DNA from: Narcine bancroftii
Taxonomy: Eukaryota
Length of the DNA: 64,000 nt
Reading direction: 5' to 3'
Assembly: GCF_036971445.1 (NCBI RefSeq)
Contig: NC_091476.1
Coordinates: forward strand, 27,962,001 to 28,026,000
The translations under genes and the position numbers were made by a program. The notes under the pieces are model-generated. The model saw only the letters and a list, made by a program, of their open reading frames with translations. It had not been told where the DNA came from and did not search any database. Each line of letters begins with the position of its first letter. The stretch's first letter is position 1. Below are positions 12,987-27,673 of this stretch, piece after piece.

Positions 12987-14084
12987 GATTCTTTCACCGT
13001 TCAGATGTCCAAATTTTGCTCTTCCTGAATCCTCTCAGTTCAGGGTCTTTTACTTTACAAAGAAAAAGTCCTCATCTCAGTCTATTTAAGAAAGCTTTCA
13101 CTTTTAATGAAAACTGCACGAAGGATAGAGTAAAGAAGCATCTTGAAAAGTTTTAGTTGATTAAAGAGAGCTAGCTAGCACAGAGTTAAAAACGATGGAT
13201 CACAAAACCAGATGTGATATTTGCAGGAAACTGTTGAGGTCTCAACTAATTGCTGCATTAATGATGTAGATTATAGAATAGAGAGCTAGATCCCAGCTTT
13301 CTGGTTTTCAAACAAAAACTGCCTAAAAGAGCCTTCAAGGTTAAATTGTATACCCATTTTTTTTCCAGCTAGTTCACCAGTGAACTTGTTCACATAATAG
13401 AATTAGGATCATTGAAAAAAAGATCTCACCATGCCCTCTTGGCATTCATTCATCAAGGCCTCCACAATCAGCATTCTGTGGGATTGCCACTGACTAGTAG
13501 TGTAATTATTACCACCCACATAAATATTACTATTACAGGATCAGGTAGGGTATCCTGTGACAGACTGTATATCAAATGACGGTGCCTTATAATTTGGCTC
13601 ACTTAAGCCATTGCATCATCTGTGAGATAGAAATCAGGAACGTAATTTCATATTATTCACTCAGCAGAATGATTGTAGCCCTAACAACTCTCAAAGATCT
13701 CAATGATATCTGAGAGAAAAGCCCTCTTCTTTGATATCCCATCCACCATATCAGCTGATTACTCTTTCTACCACCTTTACAATATTGCAAAATACCTCTT
13801 GGTTATAAAGGGAGAAAACAGAAACCGGTCTTTTGGCCTACTGAGTCTGCATTAATGTTCAACATTCCTTTTTACCCTGTGTGTTCAGGCGTGGGCTATC
13901 ATGTCTCTCCATCCATCACATTCTCTGACCCTCTGAATTGTAGTTGTTGCCTCCCCTGTTTCTAACCGGGACATTAATCGATCTATCATTTTCATTCTCT
14001 GTCTGCCTAATCCTCTCTTAACCCATTTATTATTTCCACATTCCTATCTACTCACCCTCTCCCCTTTTTCAAATTCTACAGCTC

Positions 14085-14265
14085 ATTTAGGGTCAATTTA
14101 CCATGACCAATTACCTACAGCCTGCATATGTTTGGAATGTGAGAGAAAACCCTTGCGGTAACAGAGGAAACCCATAAATGTCAGGCAGCACCAGAAGTTA
14201 GGATTGAACCTTGGTTGCTGGGTGTGTAAAGCAGCAGCTCTACTAGCTGTACTATTGTGTTGCCT
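14085..14265 (-). mobile_element. V-SINE (HE1-like), degenerate
   Basis: B-box-like ggttcaatcc and gggtttcctc core on the minus strand. Confidence 0.55.
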
Positions 14266-15137
14266 GCAAGATGATTTATGGGAATAAATGTACAGGAATA
14301 TTGCCACCTCAAATTTCTCCATGAACTGCACGATCCTGGAACCTAACAATATTATGGAATCAAATTCACCACCTACTCAGGAAAGCAACTTACCTCCCAA
14401 CTTCACAAAGGCAATTAGGGGTGGGCAATAAATAGCTACAGGCTAAACACAGGAATGTACTTGGCTAACTTGTCTTGGATGAAATCAAATTCAGGAGGTT
14501 GCAGTTCTGCAGAAGCATAGATGCTAAATTGTTAGTAATGCAAAGCAGGGTATTTTAAAACTTTATGGGTGATAAAATGATAATTGTTTATTTTTACCTG
14601 TTAAGTGTGAATGCCTTTACAAATTTAAAAAGGATTGTGTAAATTTATCAAGATTTTAGTAAATGAATGTTGGTCATTTGCACATTTTAATATGGCTGAA
14701 GGTGGTTAATTAAGTATTTCCAATTTCAATAAATGCAAAATAATTATTTGGAATATAGGAGTATTTCCTGGTTTTGTATCTGAGTGAATGCTTGAAGATA
14801 ATGCAGTTTGAAAATGTGAAGCTGTATCTGCACATAGATTTTATCCCCAGATTATTAATCTCCGAAAATGAACCGTTGAAACCAAAGCAATTCTGATTTC
14901 TGTCCAGTAGATGTACAGATTTTTATTTTCAAAATAAGCATGGTTTTTGTTATACAGCTTAATATTCATCAAGACTGTCTCCTCAACTTAATAAAAATGC
15001 AGCTGTACTTGTCCATTTTTTGAGCTCTTCTTTTTGGGGATTATTTAAGCCTAAATTGTTATATGAGTAAAACAGTGGTGCAAGCTTGTGAGGTTAAAAG
15101 TTTATGTAAAAATGTTGTTCTTTTGTGTGTTTTCCAG

Positions 15138-15160
15138 GAAATTTGAAGAATGTAATTTAA
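15138..15160 (+). CDS. HDAC8: HDAC8 terminal coding exon
   Basis: tttccag acceptor (15136-37); completes GNLKNVI-stop, matching the vertebrate HDAC8 end (GNLKHVV). Candidate AATAAA at 15762 and 16307. Confidence 0.93.
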
Positions 15161-18100
15161 TATGTGACGGGGAATGAGCGGAAGGCTGGAGAAGCCTTTC
15201 AACTGAGTCCATTCTGTGCCTGCTGTAGCTGCAGGGGAGACTTGGGTCAAAATTACTTGCAAGTTCCAGGACAACAGATGTTCATTGAAACTTGAAGCTT
15301 TAGTTAACACTTTCTTGGTCGATTAAGGAGGAAAGACCTTTGAATATTCCAAGATTTAGTATATTTGCAATTGCTTATTTTGTTAATTTCATGTTGTAAA
15401 TGTATTTTTATTTCATTTTTAATTGTTTCCTCGCAATGTTATTTTGAAGTTGCAGTTTAATTTCCAGTTGGCCAAAGAAACTGCCAATTATGGATGCAGG
15501 AATTCAAATAATATTGTGTTCATTAGGAAACCGTTTATTTAATCAATTTCATTTACAAAGAAATTGCAAAAACAAAAAAAAAATTAAGTGTAAGTTATCA
15601 GTTTAGCATTTAGCTGTCCCGTGCTCTGTTCTTTATGTGAAAACCTGGATGTGTAGCTTGAGCTCTCCACTTGACAATTTTCTTGCCTAAGTCTTCAGTG
15701 AACGCCATGGTCTCAAACAAAGTTTGTAGAGAGGGAATGTGCAAGGATGAATCTGCCTTTCAATAAATATGTCTGGCCAGAAAATGCAGGATGAAATCTG
15801 GTTTTATAGGAATGCACTACAGCATATGGAAATGGTGTCTGCGCCGTAAAGCCATTTGGGAGGAGTTTCAAATAAGAGATTAAAGTTAGTCCTTTACTGT
15901 GGGCGTCACTTCAATAAGTTGATCCTACTTTCCTCATGAGGATTTTTTTTTTGATATGGTATTTTGTGTAAAATTTAATATTTTAATCCTTTTGAGGGAA
16001 TCATTTTGTAATAGCATGGAATCTGGTTTCTCAGCCATCCTTCACTGGGATTGTCTAGGAAAATGCTCTCATCTTTGCAACAATTGATTCTCAACTCAGA
16101 CAAGGGTCAGGGAAAATTAATTTTGGTGCTGTTTGAGATAAAATTCAGAATTAAAGTTACATGTTGCAAGTAAGTTTTGTTCTTGATTTTGAAGTGCATT
16201 CCCAAAAGCGATATTTTTAGTTATTAAGTTTAGTAATCAAAACCCATTTTACAGGGGTGTCCTAAAAACCGAAAGATGTCTCTCATCCTTGAACTGGAAC
16301 AACTGTAATAAAACCTATTTACATTTTACATGGACGATGGTTTGGAAAGTGTTGCTATTGCTGTGTAAATCCTAGATGAGACTTGTACAGATATTAACTC
16401 TATGATGGGCGAAAGTGGATGTGAATGTAGCATGTTAGGACAAGAGTTGGAAATTTTAATACTCTAAGATAAATGTCAGATATCACTAAAAATACTTTTT
16501 AAAGAGCAGGTATCAGTATTAATGTTTTAATCATTAGAAATTATGACTAGTATCACCAGTATATTGTTTCACTGCTGATGCTGTTGATAACGTGAGGGAA
16601 CTAGGTGGAGAAATTACGAAGCCTAACCGCATGAGGTAACTGAATTAAAAACTGAAACTGTAGAGAAACTAACAGGCTACTTTGAGCCTTACATAATGAG
16701 GAAGACTTGTTAGGTTAGGCAGTTAATTTAGAAGGGGGAGGTTCTTTATAAAATTATTATTATATAAGCCATTTTTATATTTCTCAAAGGGACCATACTG
16801 GTGTCAAAATCTAAAAATAAACTTGCCAAGATTTACTGAAACTTACCGGGTTTTATTTGGTTAATTCCATTATGTAATCCTGGAGAATTCTCACAAGTTG
16901 ATCATAGTTGACTGCTTGTGTTATGGGCATTGAAAGCTGCTCTTGAGTGTAAATTATTAGTAGTCATGGTCGTTATGTACTGGCTGGCAAATGTGACTGA
17001 GCCTAGGAACAATGAGGAACCAAACTTACCAATGGAGATAATATTTTAACCACTGAGTGCTGGGCATTTCCTAGTATTGATCCTAATAATGTGGAAGACT
17101 CTGCTCCACGGTCAGCACAGAGTTAAAATGACATTTAGTAATTATTTTTGCAACGTCTTTTGAAGTAAACATCTTCACACAACAGTCACAGTGAGTCGAT
17201 TAATAACAATAAAGATGTTTTGCTGTTGTGCTGTAGTACAGATACACTCCAATTTTGGAAGCCTAAAATGCTTTACAGAACTGGGGAAGTCCACACAAAC
17301 AAGTTTTTTGGTTTGCTCTTGTGTTTAAAAAAAAAAATGTATTGTTAATTAAAAAATGTTTCTTTGCTTCTCGCAGTGAATGGCTTTTGGAATGCAATGA
17401 CCAGTGATTTTGGCAACCACGATTATCTTCCATGTCCAGATATTGGATGAACAGTTTTTGGTCGTTTTGCTTTGAACATTAATCAGGATGCATTCAAGGT
17501 ATCTGGAATAAAATTTTGAAACACAAGAGTAGCGAATGAATGCAGTACCATGAGAGCAAAATAAAAGATGGCTGTAGAGAGCAGATGAGGCAATAAATGA
17601 GCAAAATGAAAATGAAAAGAATTAAAGAGACATTGTGAGACACATTTCTCATTGGACTCTCAGCATCATTTTGGTGATGTTATTGTAGTTGAGGGCGTAC
17701 GTAGATTTTGAGGGGAATCCAATCCAGCTGCAACTAACAGTTGATTTTTGGACCCCATAATTTCATTTTCCTTTAACATTTACTCACAGAAGCATTCCTG
17801 TGAAATTCCTTATTTATTACAAGGAGAAACAATGCCTTGTGTGGTATTGTCATAGGTAATGTGTAGAATTAATGAAACAAAAGATCAATTTATTTTTACA
17901 TTACTTTCATTTACCAATATTGATTTGTCATTGCCTTTTTATTTTATTTAAACCAGGTCCTAATTAAATGTCCTTTTAACATGTAATTTTAATTATACAT
18001 CATCCTAAGGTGTTTAGCATTTTATCAATGTTGAGAGTTGAAATCAAATGGTATTTTTTACATTTTCTCCGTAAATGGTTATATGGTTACTGTTTCTCAT

Positions 18101-18734
18101 TTCTGAAGATTTATAGTGAGCAGAAAATGTACACTGAATAGTTATTAATAAAAACAAAATTAAAAATACCAATCTTTTATCTTTACTTTCAGACACTATG
18201 CCTTTTAATAGGGCTTCTAAATTATAATGCTCCTTTTTAGGCAGTGCCTCAGGATTGCGGATGATCACTTGAGTTTTGTTGGTTCTGGGATGACGACTAT
18301 TTCATTTGTAAAAGTGGACCTGAGGTTGCTTGATAAACATCAATACAGCTACAAAACGTTTTTTAATTCACTTTGCAAAATGTAAGAACTCTGTTACAGC
18401 ATTGCTACAAGCAGCTAGTCTCAACTCAAGAAAGTTCCTTCATGGCTCACAGCTTGAATATTTATGCAAATTTCCAGTTTTCCAGAACATACTAATAAAC
18501 TTTCATCAAATACATGTTTCTTAGAATTCTTTTGGGATTTGTTAATCTAAGTCACATTCTTAACCAGTGGTAAAAAAAATTTTTTAACGGTTTTTGGCAG
18601 AAAAGAGTTCATAATCAGCCTTAGCCTTGCTGAAGTAGAAACAAGAGAATGGAATGCAGTTAGACTACTTTTCACCCAGTTGACAGTTTAGAACTCATAT
18701 TCTCAAATTGATGGGGCAATATGGTGGCTGAGGG

Positions 18735-19025
18735 GACAAATGGTGGGTGGTTTGTGAGGTGATTTGCTCTATCTGCCACTTGTGGAGGGCCTCTGTGTGA
18801 CTGATGAGTGACCAAAAGGTTTCAACACCATCTCGAATGCTCCTCTACTTTGAGCAATCATGGACAAGAGATTCCCAAGAGCCAGATGGGATGATGCACT
18901 TCTTCAAGGAGGCTTTAAGTGCATGCCTGCATATTTTCCTCTGTACTATTAATGTCTTTCCAATGGATAGCTTAGAATAGAGCATCTGTTTTGAGAGATT
19001 GGTTTTGGGCATCAGAGCACTAATG
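18735..19025 (-). mobile_element. RTE-clade LINE 3' fragment
   Basis: KQMLYSKLSIGK...ALKASLKKCIIPSGSWESLVHDCSK resembles the RTE ORF C-terminus. Confidence 0.6.
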
Positions 19026-20624
19026 AATGTGAATATAGGGGGGAAAAAATCTGCTGGAGTGATCTCAGGGGTGGGGGAGGGGGGACTGTCAGAGTGGAAC
19101 ATCAGCATTTCATTTTCTCCCACTGATGCTGCTTGAGCTATTGAGTTTCTCCAGCATTTTTTTCTCTCCCAGATTCCAGTATCTGCAGTCTCTCATATTT
19201 TGAATGTAACTAGGTTTTGGACCGAGAGAACTCTGACATTGATTCAGTTGTCATTCAAGTACGTGTGAAGGATGTTTCAGCTTCAATGTTGCTGGCATTG
19301 TGTCTTGCACTGTCAACTGTAAGTACTGTAGTCTAAATCTTGGAAGCATATAGAAGTTGGGCCATGAGTTTTCTATTAGGTCGGAGGTCTTGATTTTCAA
19401 ATGTTCTTGTCAATTGACTAAAGGCTCCATTAAAGATGTTAGTGAATTACACACAATTGACACTGGGCTTCCAAGATGTGGGAAGAGATCAGGTTTACCA
19501 AATCTATATGGAGTGCAGTATGATGAAGCAGGGACAAGTTTGTAGAAAATATTTGTCTTGCACATGTTGAGTGCAAGTTTAATGGAAGTATTAATGATGG
19601 CTTGGAGTTCAGCTTTTGAGCTTGAATACATACTGCACTTTGACTGCAGAGATTTGGAACCTGTGTAGTCGTGATAATGACAATGGCTAATAAATACTGG
19701 CCTTTCCAATCTTCCCCCAGGATTTAAAAAAAACAAATTAAGAAACCTTGAAGTTCATTTATACCATTCAGCTCAAATGTTTCTCATGGCAGAGGGCACA
19801 TATTCCTAAGTCTCTGAATATAAATGTTCTGATTGATATATTTTTGGTGAATGCATTTATTGATGACCTCTCATTTTGCTCTCATACTATGGTTCTCAGT
19901 GAGCACAATGAATGCTGTGAATATTTTGTTCACCACTGAATGGGAAAGAAAATGTTCATTTTGCAAAGAGGATAAAAGGCAGGGATCAAGATTGCCAGAC
20001 TTGCAAAAGCGCAAGGAAGATAATCAAGCAGTAAAGTGCAGTGTTACGGTTGCTTTGAAAAGGGTTTGAAGGAATCATTCCTTGTTAAAGAAAAGTAGGC
20101 AGTAATGTGAATAATTATCTCCATTGGTGAGCGATTGGAAAGAGATTAGTTCTGTCAGGAGCTATCAACACAACTCTTTCCTACTTTACGGGATTAATCC
20201 ATCCTCATTACCTTCTGTCAGATGGATAAATTTAAGTTGTGCTGATTTATTTCCTTTAAAGATCAAACATGATATTACGATCATGAAGGTAATAATTTCC
20301 CAATCTGTTGGCAGCACTTCTCTTTAAAAAGTCACCCAATTATTTTACTTTTTTGCATGTGACAGTAGAACTGAATTCTTACTCTTGTCTTTTTGTCTGA
20401 AGTGACAACTTTTTGGTATCCTAGTAAATTGCTCATGGTAATTTTTAACATAGAAACTTCATCTAGTGTGTGGCAACAGCCATTTTAACCCTGAGAAGCT
20501 TTCCAACCAAACTACGTCCATACTATTTGTGCAATTTCCTGCATAGTCTCAAAATGTCTAATATTTCTGAAAATAAATTACTCCTGAACGATTATACGTA
20601 TCCCAAACCCATGGCTCCCTGTAA

Positions 20625-21125
20625 GAGGTAGAGAGGATAATGAAAAGAGCATTTGGTATGTTTGTCCTCTTAGGCTGAGACCGTCACCTTGCAGTTGTAT
20701 AGAACATCAGTTAGACTGAAGGTATTGTGTACATTTCACCACACTATAGGATGGATGTGGTAGAAACAGAGAAGATGTTCACTGAGATGTTGTCTGGCAT
20801 GGATGGCTGTAGTTATAAGGAAAAATTGGATAGGCTGGATTTAATCTCAGGAATGTATGGGGGGGGGGGCGGTTAAGTCAAAAAGGACATAGATCAAACA
20901 AAATATTTTTTCTCAAGACAAAAGTCGAATCAAAGGCACAAGTTTAGGTTAAGAGGGGAGAAATTAAAGATACAAAGTGTAATTTTTTTCACACAAGGTG
21001 ATGATAATCTGGGGTGAGCTGCTCGAAGTGGTAATGGAGGTGGATACAATTACATCTTTTAAAAGTTATTTGAACAGAGATTAAGATATTGGCCTCATGC
21101 AGGTAAATGGGATTACTGTATATAG
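20625..21125 (+). mobile_element. CR1-like LINE 3' fragment, degenerate
   Basis: ttcaccacactataggatggatgtgg...gttataaggaaaaattggataggctggat...ttttttcacacaagg are CR1 3' hallmarks. Confidence 0.6.
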
Positions 21126-24100
21126 GTGGGTAATAGTCAAAACCCTTATTTTGGCCCCCAAATATGGTATTTTCCATATATTGTAAATGTTGACCCCCCT
21201 TATTTTTGGACTCAGCCCATCGGAGCACCCAACATCCTGACCCCAGACTTGCTGCCCGGTCCTGGATGCCCACCCACCCATCCAAGCTCCCAACACCTCA
21301 AACGACACAGGTACTTACTATGGTCAAAAGTACTAGCTTTTAACAGTTGACTCTCTAAATTTTACCCTAAAAATTGGTCCATAAGTCAGGGATTGAAACA
21401 CCTAGTCCTATAAATAACCCACTACTACACATGAATATACAGTAGCATTAATAGGTATGATGGTTGACATGGGAGAGATGGACAATAAGGTCTATTTACA
21501 TCTATTTCACTGGCCAAGTAACCACTTTTTTTCCCCGAAATATGAATAGAGCAATAATCAAGAACCTCAGTATAATGTGCATCTTTCCTCTAACTTGACA
21601 CTTATGTTCATGGCAGTTCTATATTTGAGTTAATATCTGTGTCATTGAAACATAATTTCCTCTGAATTTATTTTGTATGAGTCTCCTCTCCCTGCAGAAA
21701 CTGATGATGTAGTTTTTTGGAGTGCAGGATTTTCTGGACATTATTATTGGCAATCAAAATTGCCACAAGAATGTTCACAACATTCAATGAATTCAAAAGT
21801 CATTAAAACCATTCAAACGATAAAACATTCAAAACACAAGTCAATAAATTCATTGAATAATGTAAATTACTTTCACCTTAATTCCATGCAACCCATTTTC
21901 TCCATGGGTGGGAATTCTCTTTCTTCCTGGGGTAAATTTGCAGCCTTTGAGGAATCCAGCAGTCAGCAAAACTCTCCAAACACCTACATGCACACAGGTT
22001 TCCTGGACTTTCTGAAACTTACCAGAGGAAATGCAACTGTTCCTTGTTAAACAGCTGGCATTTTCATTCATCAGGAAAATCTGGGTCAGAATGACAGTTT
22101 GGATCAATGGAGTCTTTGAGTAAATGAGCCAGGAGATTTGGTAATGATATTTTCATCTTGTAGGAGAGGCGGTTTTCACATTTGAAACACAGATTCAAAT
22201 AACATCATCATCTTGTCAATCCATGGAATTTTGAAGAAACTGGAGTAATCATCAGGAAAAGATCTGAGGAAGAGTCTTTGACCTGAGACATTAATTCTGT
22301 TCCACCAATATGGTCCGACCTGTCGAGGATTGCCAGCATTTTCCACTTTGTATCAGAAAAAGATATTGTCAGGCTGGTTCATTTCTGATTTTTGAACTTA
22401 TTGATGAATCCACTTTCAAAGTAGCTATTTTAAAAAATCACGAAATTTCCACATCATCTGTTCTCGAAGTTTAGCACCCTTGTTTTTGTTAGTAGTGCCT
22501 ATATGGTGATAAGAATTTTGGTACATCTTAACATTGTAACTTATGCAATTTGCAATAAGTAAACACTCATTACCTATAATTGAGTGGCTTTAATGATGCG
22601 AGTTGCCAGGTGGGAGTGAACATCCCTCTTGACAGACGAAAAGCAGAATGCCAACATACAAAGAATCTGCTACCTGCTAACTCCGAAGGCTGCCCCTGAC
22701 ACTGAAACTCGAGGAAGATTGGGTTCCTTGCATCTTCCCATGTTGTTTACTATTAAAGTTGGCTGCAGACAATTGATATCCATCAAAGTCAGTACACTGA
22801 ATGTTCAAGGCTTACAGATAGATGTTCAAATAATGCCTCCTTGCAAAGCATCACAAATTAATCAAAACTGATGAATATCTGGTAAACAAGATCCTAACTG
22901 GCAAAGTATTGGGAATAGCTATTTCTCCCAGGTAACCGCATGTTGAGGATTCAGACTGCTTCGACAATCCAAACGAATGACTCTGGGCAACCTGCCAGTG
23001 ACGCTACTGGATTGGTCCTTCGACCCGACTATTCCAGACTAGAGTCATTTTAATCTCAGGACAGGACAAAACATCCTGCCAGATGCAGGAAGGAAGCCAG
23101 ATTGTACTCTTTCATGAAATGGTGGAAATTCCTATTATGGGTGGAAGCTGAAACCCTTTAAAAGAATCAAGACTCCATCTATATTAAAAGACTGCCATAT
23201 TTGTACTTCAAAGCCGAAGCAAATAATTTCATGTTGCTTTGAGAACTCGCTTTCTCAGTGAAGCCAATAAAAACATATTCTGTTCATCTTTCTTACTTGA
23301 ATGTGGCAAATAAAAGTTGATTAACACATGCGATGGAGATGGATATATAGGTATGAATTTGATATAATAAGTAAGAATTCACGGTAGCTGTGCCAAAAGG
23401 ATAAAGCACAGCTACAGGGAACATTTTTTCCCCCGCTGGAAGGAAGCGTAGTTTGCAATGCGAAGCGTTGGAATGATATGGCATTGAAAAGTGAATGGGT
23501 TTAACGGGCTGCCAAGTTGTCCTGAGCCCTGAGATACACTGTTAATGAAGTGTCGATTAGACGGCTACTTTTGTGCAAGAGTCCTGAACATCTGCCTGAT
23601 CTGAAGAATGGAAAAGGGCTGTTACAAAACATGGAGCCATATTTATGGCAAGCATCATGGACTGCTTTGGACAATAACACAGGACAACGAAGATTTTGCT
23701 TCTTGAACACTTTTATAGATTTTATAAATTTTGGGTAGCTGATCACGAAAATTACCTTAAAAATGTCCCATCACAATAAAAGTCAATTTACAGCAATGCT
23801 TTTTCAACTTCCTACGTGATACTGCAAATCTGAAATTATCTTTGAGTTCATTTTGAAGTCTATCTTAATCCTGATTTTTTTTTCAGGAAGCAAACTTTTA
23901 GGAAAAAAGTGTGTTGTCCAGTGTAATCTATCCGTGAAATTTTACATGACGTTTCTTGGCAATCCAAAATCAGAGTTACTGGTGGAAAATGGTGCTAGAA
24001 ATCAGAAATAAAAAGACTGTGATCAGGCAAGTGTCTCCAGAAAGAATAGGTCAAAGATCGATCATGTTTCACCAGAATTGGTGAATTAGATTTCACAGGA

Positions 24101-24855
24101 CGATAAAAGTTAGTTATTTTCTTCTGATCTCAAAGTATTCAATCTGCCAAATGCAAACTGAAATTAAATGCTCTCAAAAATCTTCTACATCCGATTTGTC
24201 AAAAATAAACACAAGGATGGTGGAGAAAGAAAATAATTCCGGAGAAACACAAAGATTGCAGACGAAGGGACTTTTAACGCGTCAGGCAGCATCCACAGTT
24301 TGAAATGGTCGGTCGACGTCTCGTGTGCGGTTCTTTTATCCAAATTAATGGTGGACAACATAAATATTTTGCAGGTGAAGTGCCATTTAAAAAAATTGTG
24401 GGCCGAATTGGTATTTTCCGAGTTCTTCAGTGCCCGTTAAAAAAAATCATATTCAAGTGATCTCTTAGTGGAACCAGCAACAACAAATAATAATGAAGGT
24501 CGTGGGATTCTGCAGAAAGTAAAATTCGAAAATCCGTAGACTCCATGGTTGAAGTAAACCGAAACGTTGGTTATGTATTTTTTACCGTTGCTATATAAAG
24601 GAAATTGACCTGCTGAGTTTTCTGCCTCTGGTTGTAAACGTTCAAGTGTAATCAGTTGTCCTTCTGAGTCCTCATCAGCTTTAGTTGGCATTTTAGATTT
24701 AAAAAAAATGAAAGCATTGGTTCTGTCGAATTCTCGAAATTCAACCAGAGCCGCTTAATATGCATTTCGAATCAAGAAGCGGACTGAAGGATTGGGCTGT
24801 TGTCCGCCCCAAGTTGTAGTCTGGCATCACATATTGGAAATATTCTCCCTTTGAT

Positions 24856-24962
24856 GAAGTAAAAACACAGTGCTGGAGAAACTCAGTGTGCTTTAGATGG
24901 TTATGTGCAGATAATAAAGGACCCCGACCTGCTGAATTTCTCCAGCACTGTGCTTTTACTTC
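24856..24962. repeat. 31-bp inverted repeat made of Penelope-type terminal sequence
   Basis: Arms 24856-24886 and 24932-24962 pair at 29 of 31 positions; 45-nt spacer. Confidence 0.8.
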
Positions 24963-25049
24963 AACCACGCTGTCTGCAGACTTTCATGTTTTACTCTCTC
25001 TGGTGAAGGCTTAGTTTTGTTGATCAGAGGAATGAATGAAAAGTCATTG

Positions 25050-27600
25050 CGACCTCGCACACATTCGAAGTATCTCAGCCGCTGGAATGCGCTTTGATTG
25101 AGAGGTAATGACAGGACAGGGGTGTGTTTTCCACTCGAGCACTCGAATCCAGACCAGATTTTTCCAACCACCCTACTCGGTGAAATCTGTACTTCGTATC
25201 CCTGAAAGCTGATGGAACTGGGACAGAATCAAGTGCGGAGACCGAGGAAAGGGACTTGCATTGCAATTGGGGGATTGACGGAGGGCGGATGGGATCTCAT
25301 GAAGCGCGGGCCACTCTTTAGGACCCGCGTGAACTCTTGGTCGCTCCACGTTCACCAGGATCCAATCTGCGTCGAGATCCCCTTCGCCCCATTCCTTCTA
25401 TTCGACCGTGTGCCCGGACCCAAGAATCGATTTTGATCTGCGGGGAGTTCTCCACGTCGTGCGGGTGAGCGAAGTCCAGCAGGGGTGGGATCGCGTCGCA
25501 GAGAAGCTCCGCATTTGGGGGGGGGGGGGGTCCATTGTTTGGGGAAGGGTGGGGTGGGAGAGGGAACTTGCACCTTCCATCGGATCCCGTTTGCGAGAAA
25601 TAATCTTGAGTCATCAACGCGGGTCGTCATCCTTGGAGAGTGAGTTTGGTCAGTGGACTCTCCCCATTGCCCTTTGTTTGAAGCCCAACTAGTGCATTTT
25701 GAAAACTAGATCGACTTCCAATAAAGCCAATGGAAGCAGCCTCCGGCTGGGTGGTTTAAGAGAGCCGGTCGCTCCTCCGCTACCTGCTGCTTTCGCCATT
25801 CTGTTGAATATCTATCTGGGGATATTTAGCCAGAGTCTGGCCCTTTCGACATCAGTTGGAGCCAGGCCGATGAGCTACGTTTGGAATTTAAACCCATCGA
25901 ACATTTACTTCGAATAAAAGAGCCGAAATCATCCTGCAACGGCGTTGGGGGACATCCGCCTCCTTGTTTAACCAACACGCGGGTCTCTTAACACACAAAT
26001 GTGCTGAAGAAACTCCAAGGAAGTCAATGGGATTCCTGCCGATGGGCGCAGGCTCCAAACCTTCCTGGTTGGGGACTGCGTTGACCTGCCGAGTTTCTCC
26101 AGCACTCGACCCCAGCACCTGCAGATGCTCATGTTTAACACGCAGGTCTCTGAGTTTTACCTCCACCCAGGCAAACCCTTCATCTTTCTAAATGTCCAGA
26201 CGTAATCCTCACTCAGTACCCTGCTTTCTAGTGCACGAGAGCAAATGCTTCACTTTGATGATCAATTCAGTGCGTTGGATGAATGGAGGTCGCTCGTAAA
26301 ATGTGTGTCGATGCTTTGAAAAGTTCAACTCATTCACCGAATATGAAGGTTGAAGCCCTGGGAAGTTAACATTAAAAGCGTCCGAGAAATTAGAATAACG
26401 GCGAATGTTAAACGTAATGCATTATTCTGGGATCTCCACAACCTTTCGTGTAGGTGACTGGCGGAAGAATTGGAGACCGACACGGTGTTAATGGGAATGT
26501 GAGAGAAAAAGTGTGAGAATGAAGTACTGGGATTGAGCTGAGACTCGACGTCCCGAATGGCTTTATTTTACATCGAAAGAAAAGATGGAATAGGAGGGAA
26601 CTAGAAAGGATATTGGTTCTCACACAAAGGAGTTTAGTGCCTTGGAACAGTTACTGGCTCTTCGGCCCGTCAATACCGATCCCATTTGACACCCCCTGGC
26701 TTGCCCCCCCCCCCTCTCTCTCTCGACCTTTGCGATTCAAGAACATGTCTTAAAATGTGGTGAAGGTTGACTGGAGAGGCCTTGCCAGGAGAAAAGTGTT
26801 GCAATTCTGCCTTGATAATTACAGAACCACGGGTCCAATAATTAAAAAAAACCCCTTTGTCGTAATTGAACAAGTAGAATTCAATTTTGTTACTGCAAAC
26901 CATGAAGCGTTTTAAAATAAATAACTTCCGGGGGGGGGGGGGGGGGGGTCGTCGGCACCTCTGTCCGGACACTTTTATTGCCCATTCCGAATTCCTTGAG
27001 GAGACGGGGGTGACTCGAGCCACCTCTCTGAACCACCGCCGTCCTCCTGTCTTTCACGGATGGTTTAAACCTCTCCGAGAAAACTACAAAGTGGCCTTCC
27101 CTATTATTTGAAAACTCTAGCCAGGAGGAGGAACATCCAAATGCAGGACCCGCTTTTAAATAGAAGCGAGGAAGGGAAAAGTGTGAAGTAAACTTTTGTA
27201 ACCTGTATCAACGACTTAATTTCGTTCGTCACGATCTTTGAAGGAGGTAATTTATAGAATAAAAGGAAGGACTGGAGCGGTGCTGAAAAGCAACTTTTTT
27301 TTTGCTGCGAATTCCTTTCAATGCAGGTATTTCTCGGGTTCCGCGTTGTTTCTGCCTTGTGATCATTTAGTTTCTAATTCAAGGTCCGTGTTCTGCAGCG
27401 CCTTCAGTCTGTAAAATGTGAACTGCACCATGTCAGGTGTCCGCAGACCCAATATTTTTTAAAATTTAAATTGAGACATGCAGTAACGAGCCCGTGCCGC
27501 CCAATTCACACCCAATTAACCTACACCCCCGGGGAAACCCTCGCAGACACGGCCAGAGCGTACAACAGCGCGGGATTCGAACCTCCTGTACGCCACGTTC
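25050..27600. promoter_or_regulatory. CpG-rich region, probable CITED promoter and non-coding 5' exon(s)
   Basis: Visible CpG enrichment against a depleted background; two CCAAT boxes near 25718 and 25727; candidate donors at 27247 (GAG/GTAAT) and 27327 (CAG/GTATT). TSS not determinable. Confidence 0.55.
27465..27600 (-). mobile_element. V-SINE (HE1-like), internally deleted
   Basis: B box ggttcgaatcc on the minus strand; shares ccgcccaatt.acacc.cattaacctacaccc-like block with 12752-12986. Confidence 0.6.
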
Positions 27601-27673
27601 TAAATGTAGTGTTACATGACAATATGGAACCTTTACCTTATCAAAGCCCAGGAAAACAATATCTGCTCCTCTT

